DNA of 64,000 bases from Chiloscyllium plagiosum (lineage: Eukaryota). Positions 63,536-64,000 of the stretch are shown piece after piece. Where the stretch lies: positions 111,112,024 to 111,176,023 of the forward strand of contig NC_057710.1 of the NCBI RefSeq assembly GCF_004010195.1, read 5' to 3'. The notes beneath the pieces were generated by a model that worked only from the letters and a program-made list of their open reading frames with translations, ran no database searches and had not been told where the DNA came from. Within the stretch, counting starts at the first letter, position 1, and the number at the start of each line of letters is the position of its first letter. The position numbers and the translations under genes are program-made.

Positions 63536-64000
63536 CATAAGAACAGCAGTCGGCCATTCAGCCCCTCAAGCCCATTCTGCCATTCAATGAGATCATGGTT
63601 CATCTGTGGCTAAACTCCAGATAGCTGTCCTTGCCCCATATCATTTCTCATCTTTGCTTTAAAAAATGTACCTATCTCAGACTTAAAGTTAACGCCTGAT
63701 CTAGTTTACTCTGCCATTTGTGGAAGAGAGTTTCAGACCTCCACTGCCCTTTGTGTGTAGAAGGGCTTCCTAACATTTCTCCTGAACCATCTGCAATCCT
63801 CACTGTCTCCTATCTATCCCGAACTATCAGGCCCTAATTTCAGAGTGTGCCTAGAATCCTCAACAAATGGAAGTAGCTTACCTTTATCTACCCTGTCTTT
63901 TCCTGTTAGTTTCTTGAAGAGTTTGCTCAGATCACCCTTTAATCTTCTAAATTCTAGAGAAAACAGGCCTAATTTATGCAATTTCTCCTCACAACCCCTC
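63536..64000 (-). mobile_element. CR1 LINE 3' fragment, runs off the window
   Basis: Antisense CR1 tail (CATAAGAAC..GGCCATTCAGCCCCTCAAG) and, on the minus strand, LHKLGLFSLEFRRLKGDL. Confidence 0.85.

Overview
This is eukaryotic, repeat-rich non-coding DNA. Its repeat content (HE1/V-type SINEs, Deu-domain SINEs, CR1, Rex/Babar and Penelope-like retroelements) points to a cartilaginous fish, probably a shark; this is an inference from recalled repeat families, not a database result. I could not identify an intact host protein-coding gene, rRNA, true tRNA or CRISPR array. Most ORFs in the track are retroelement fragments or chance ORFs, so the window is probably a large intron or gene desert with repeat-poor, enhancer-like blocks. 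The most interesting structure comes from Penelope-like elements (PLEs) of at least three families. They include RT and GIY-YIG relics and short inverted end fragments with clear target-site duplications (TSDs). They also carry several minimal hammerhead ribozyme motifs, two with an intact catalytic core (13370-13409 and 34750-34789). One PLE relic contains a recent, ~99% identical, inverted 217-bp copy of a different PLE 1 kb away, inserted at the ribozyme GAAACG with microhomology at both junctions. Other notable items are two SINE/LINE shared-tail pairs, ~250-bp direct repeats bracketing a LINE relic, a triple tandem tRNA-SINE, a convergent CTCF-like motif pair and a few weak minus-strand exon candidates. 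Repeat boundaries were read by eye and are approximate unless a TSD is quoted.
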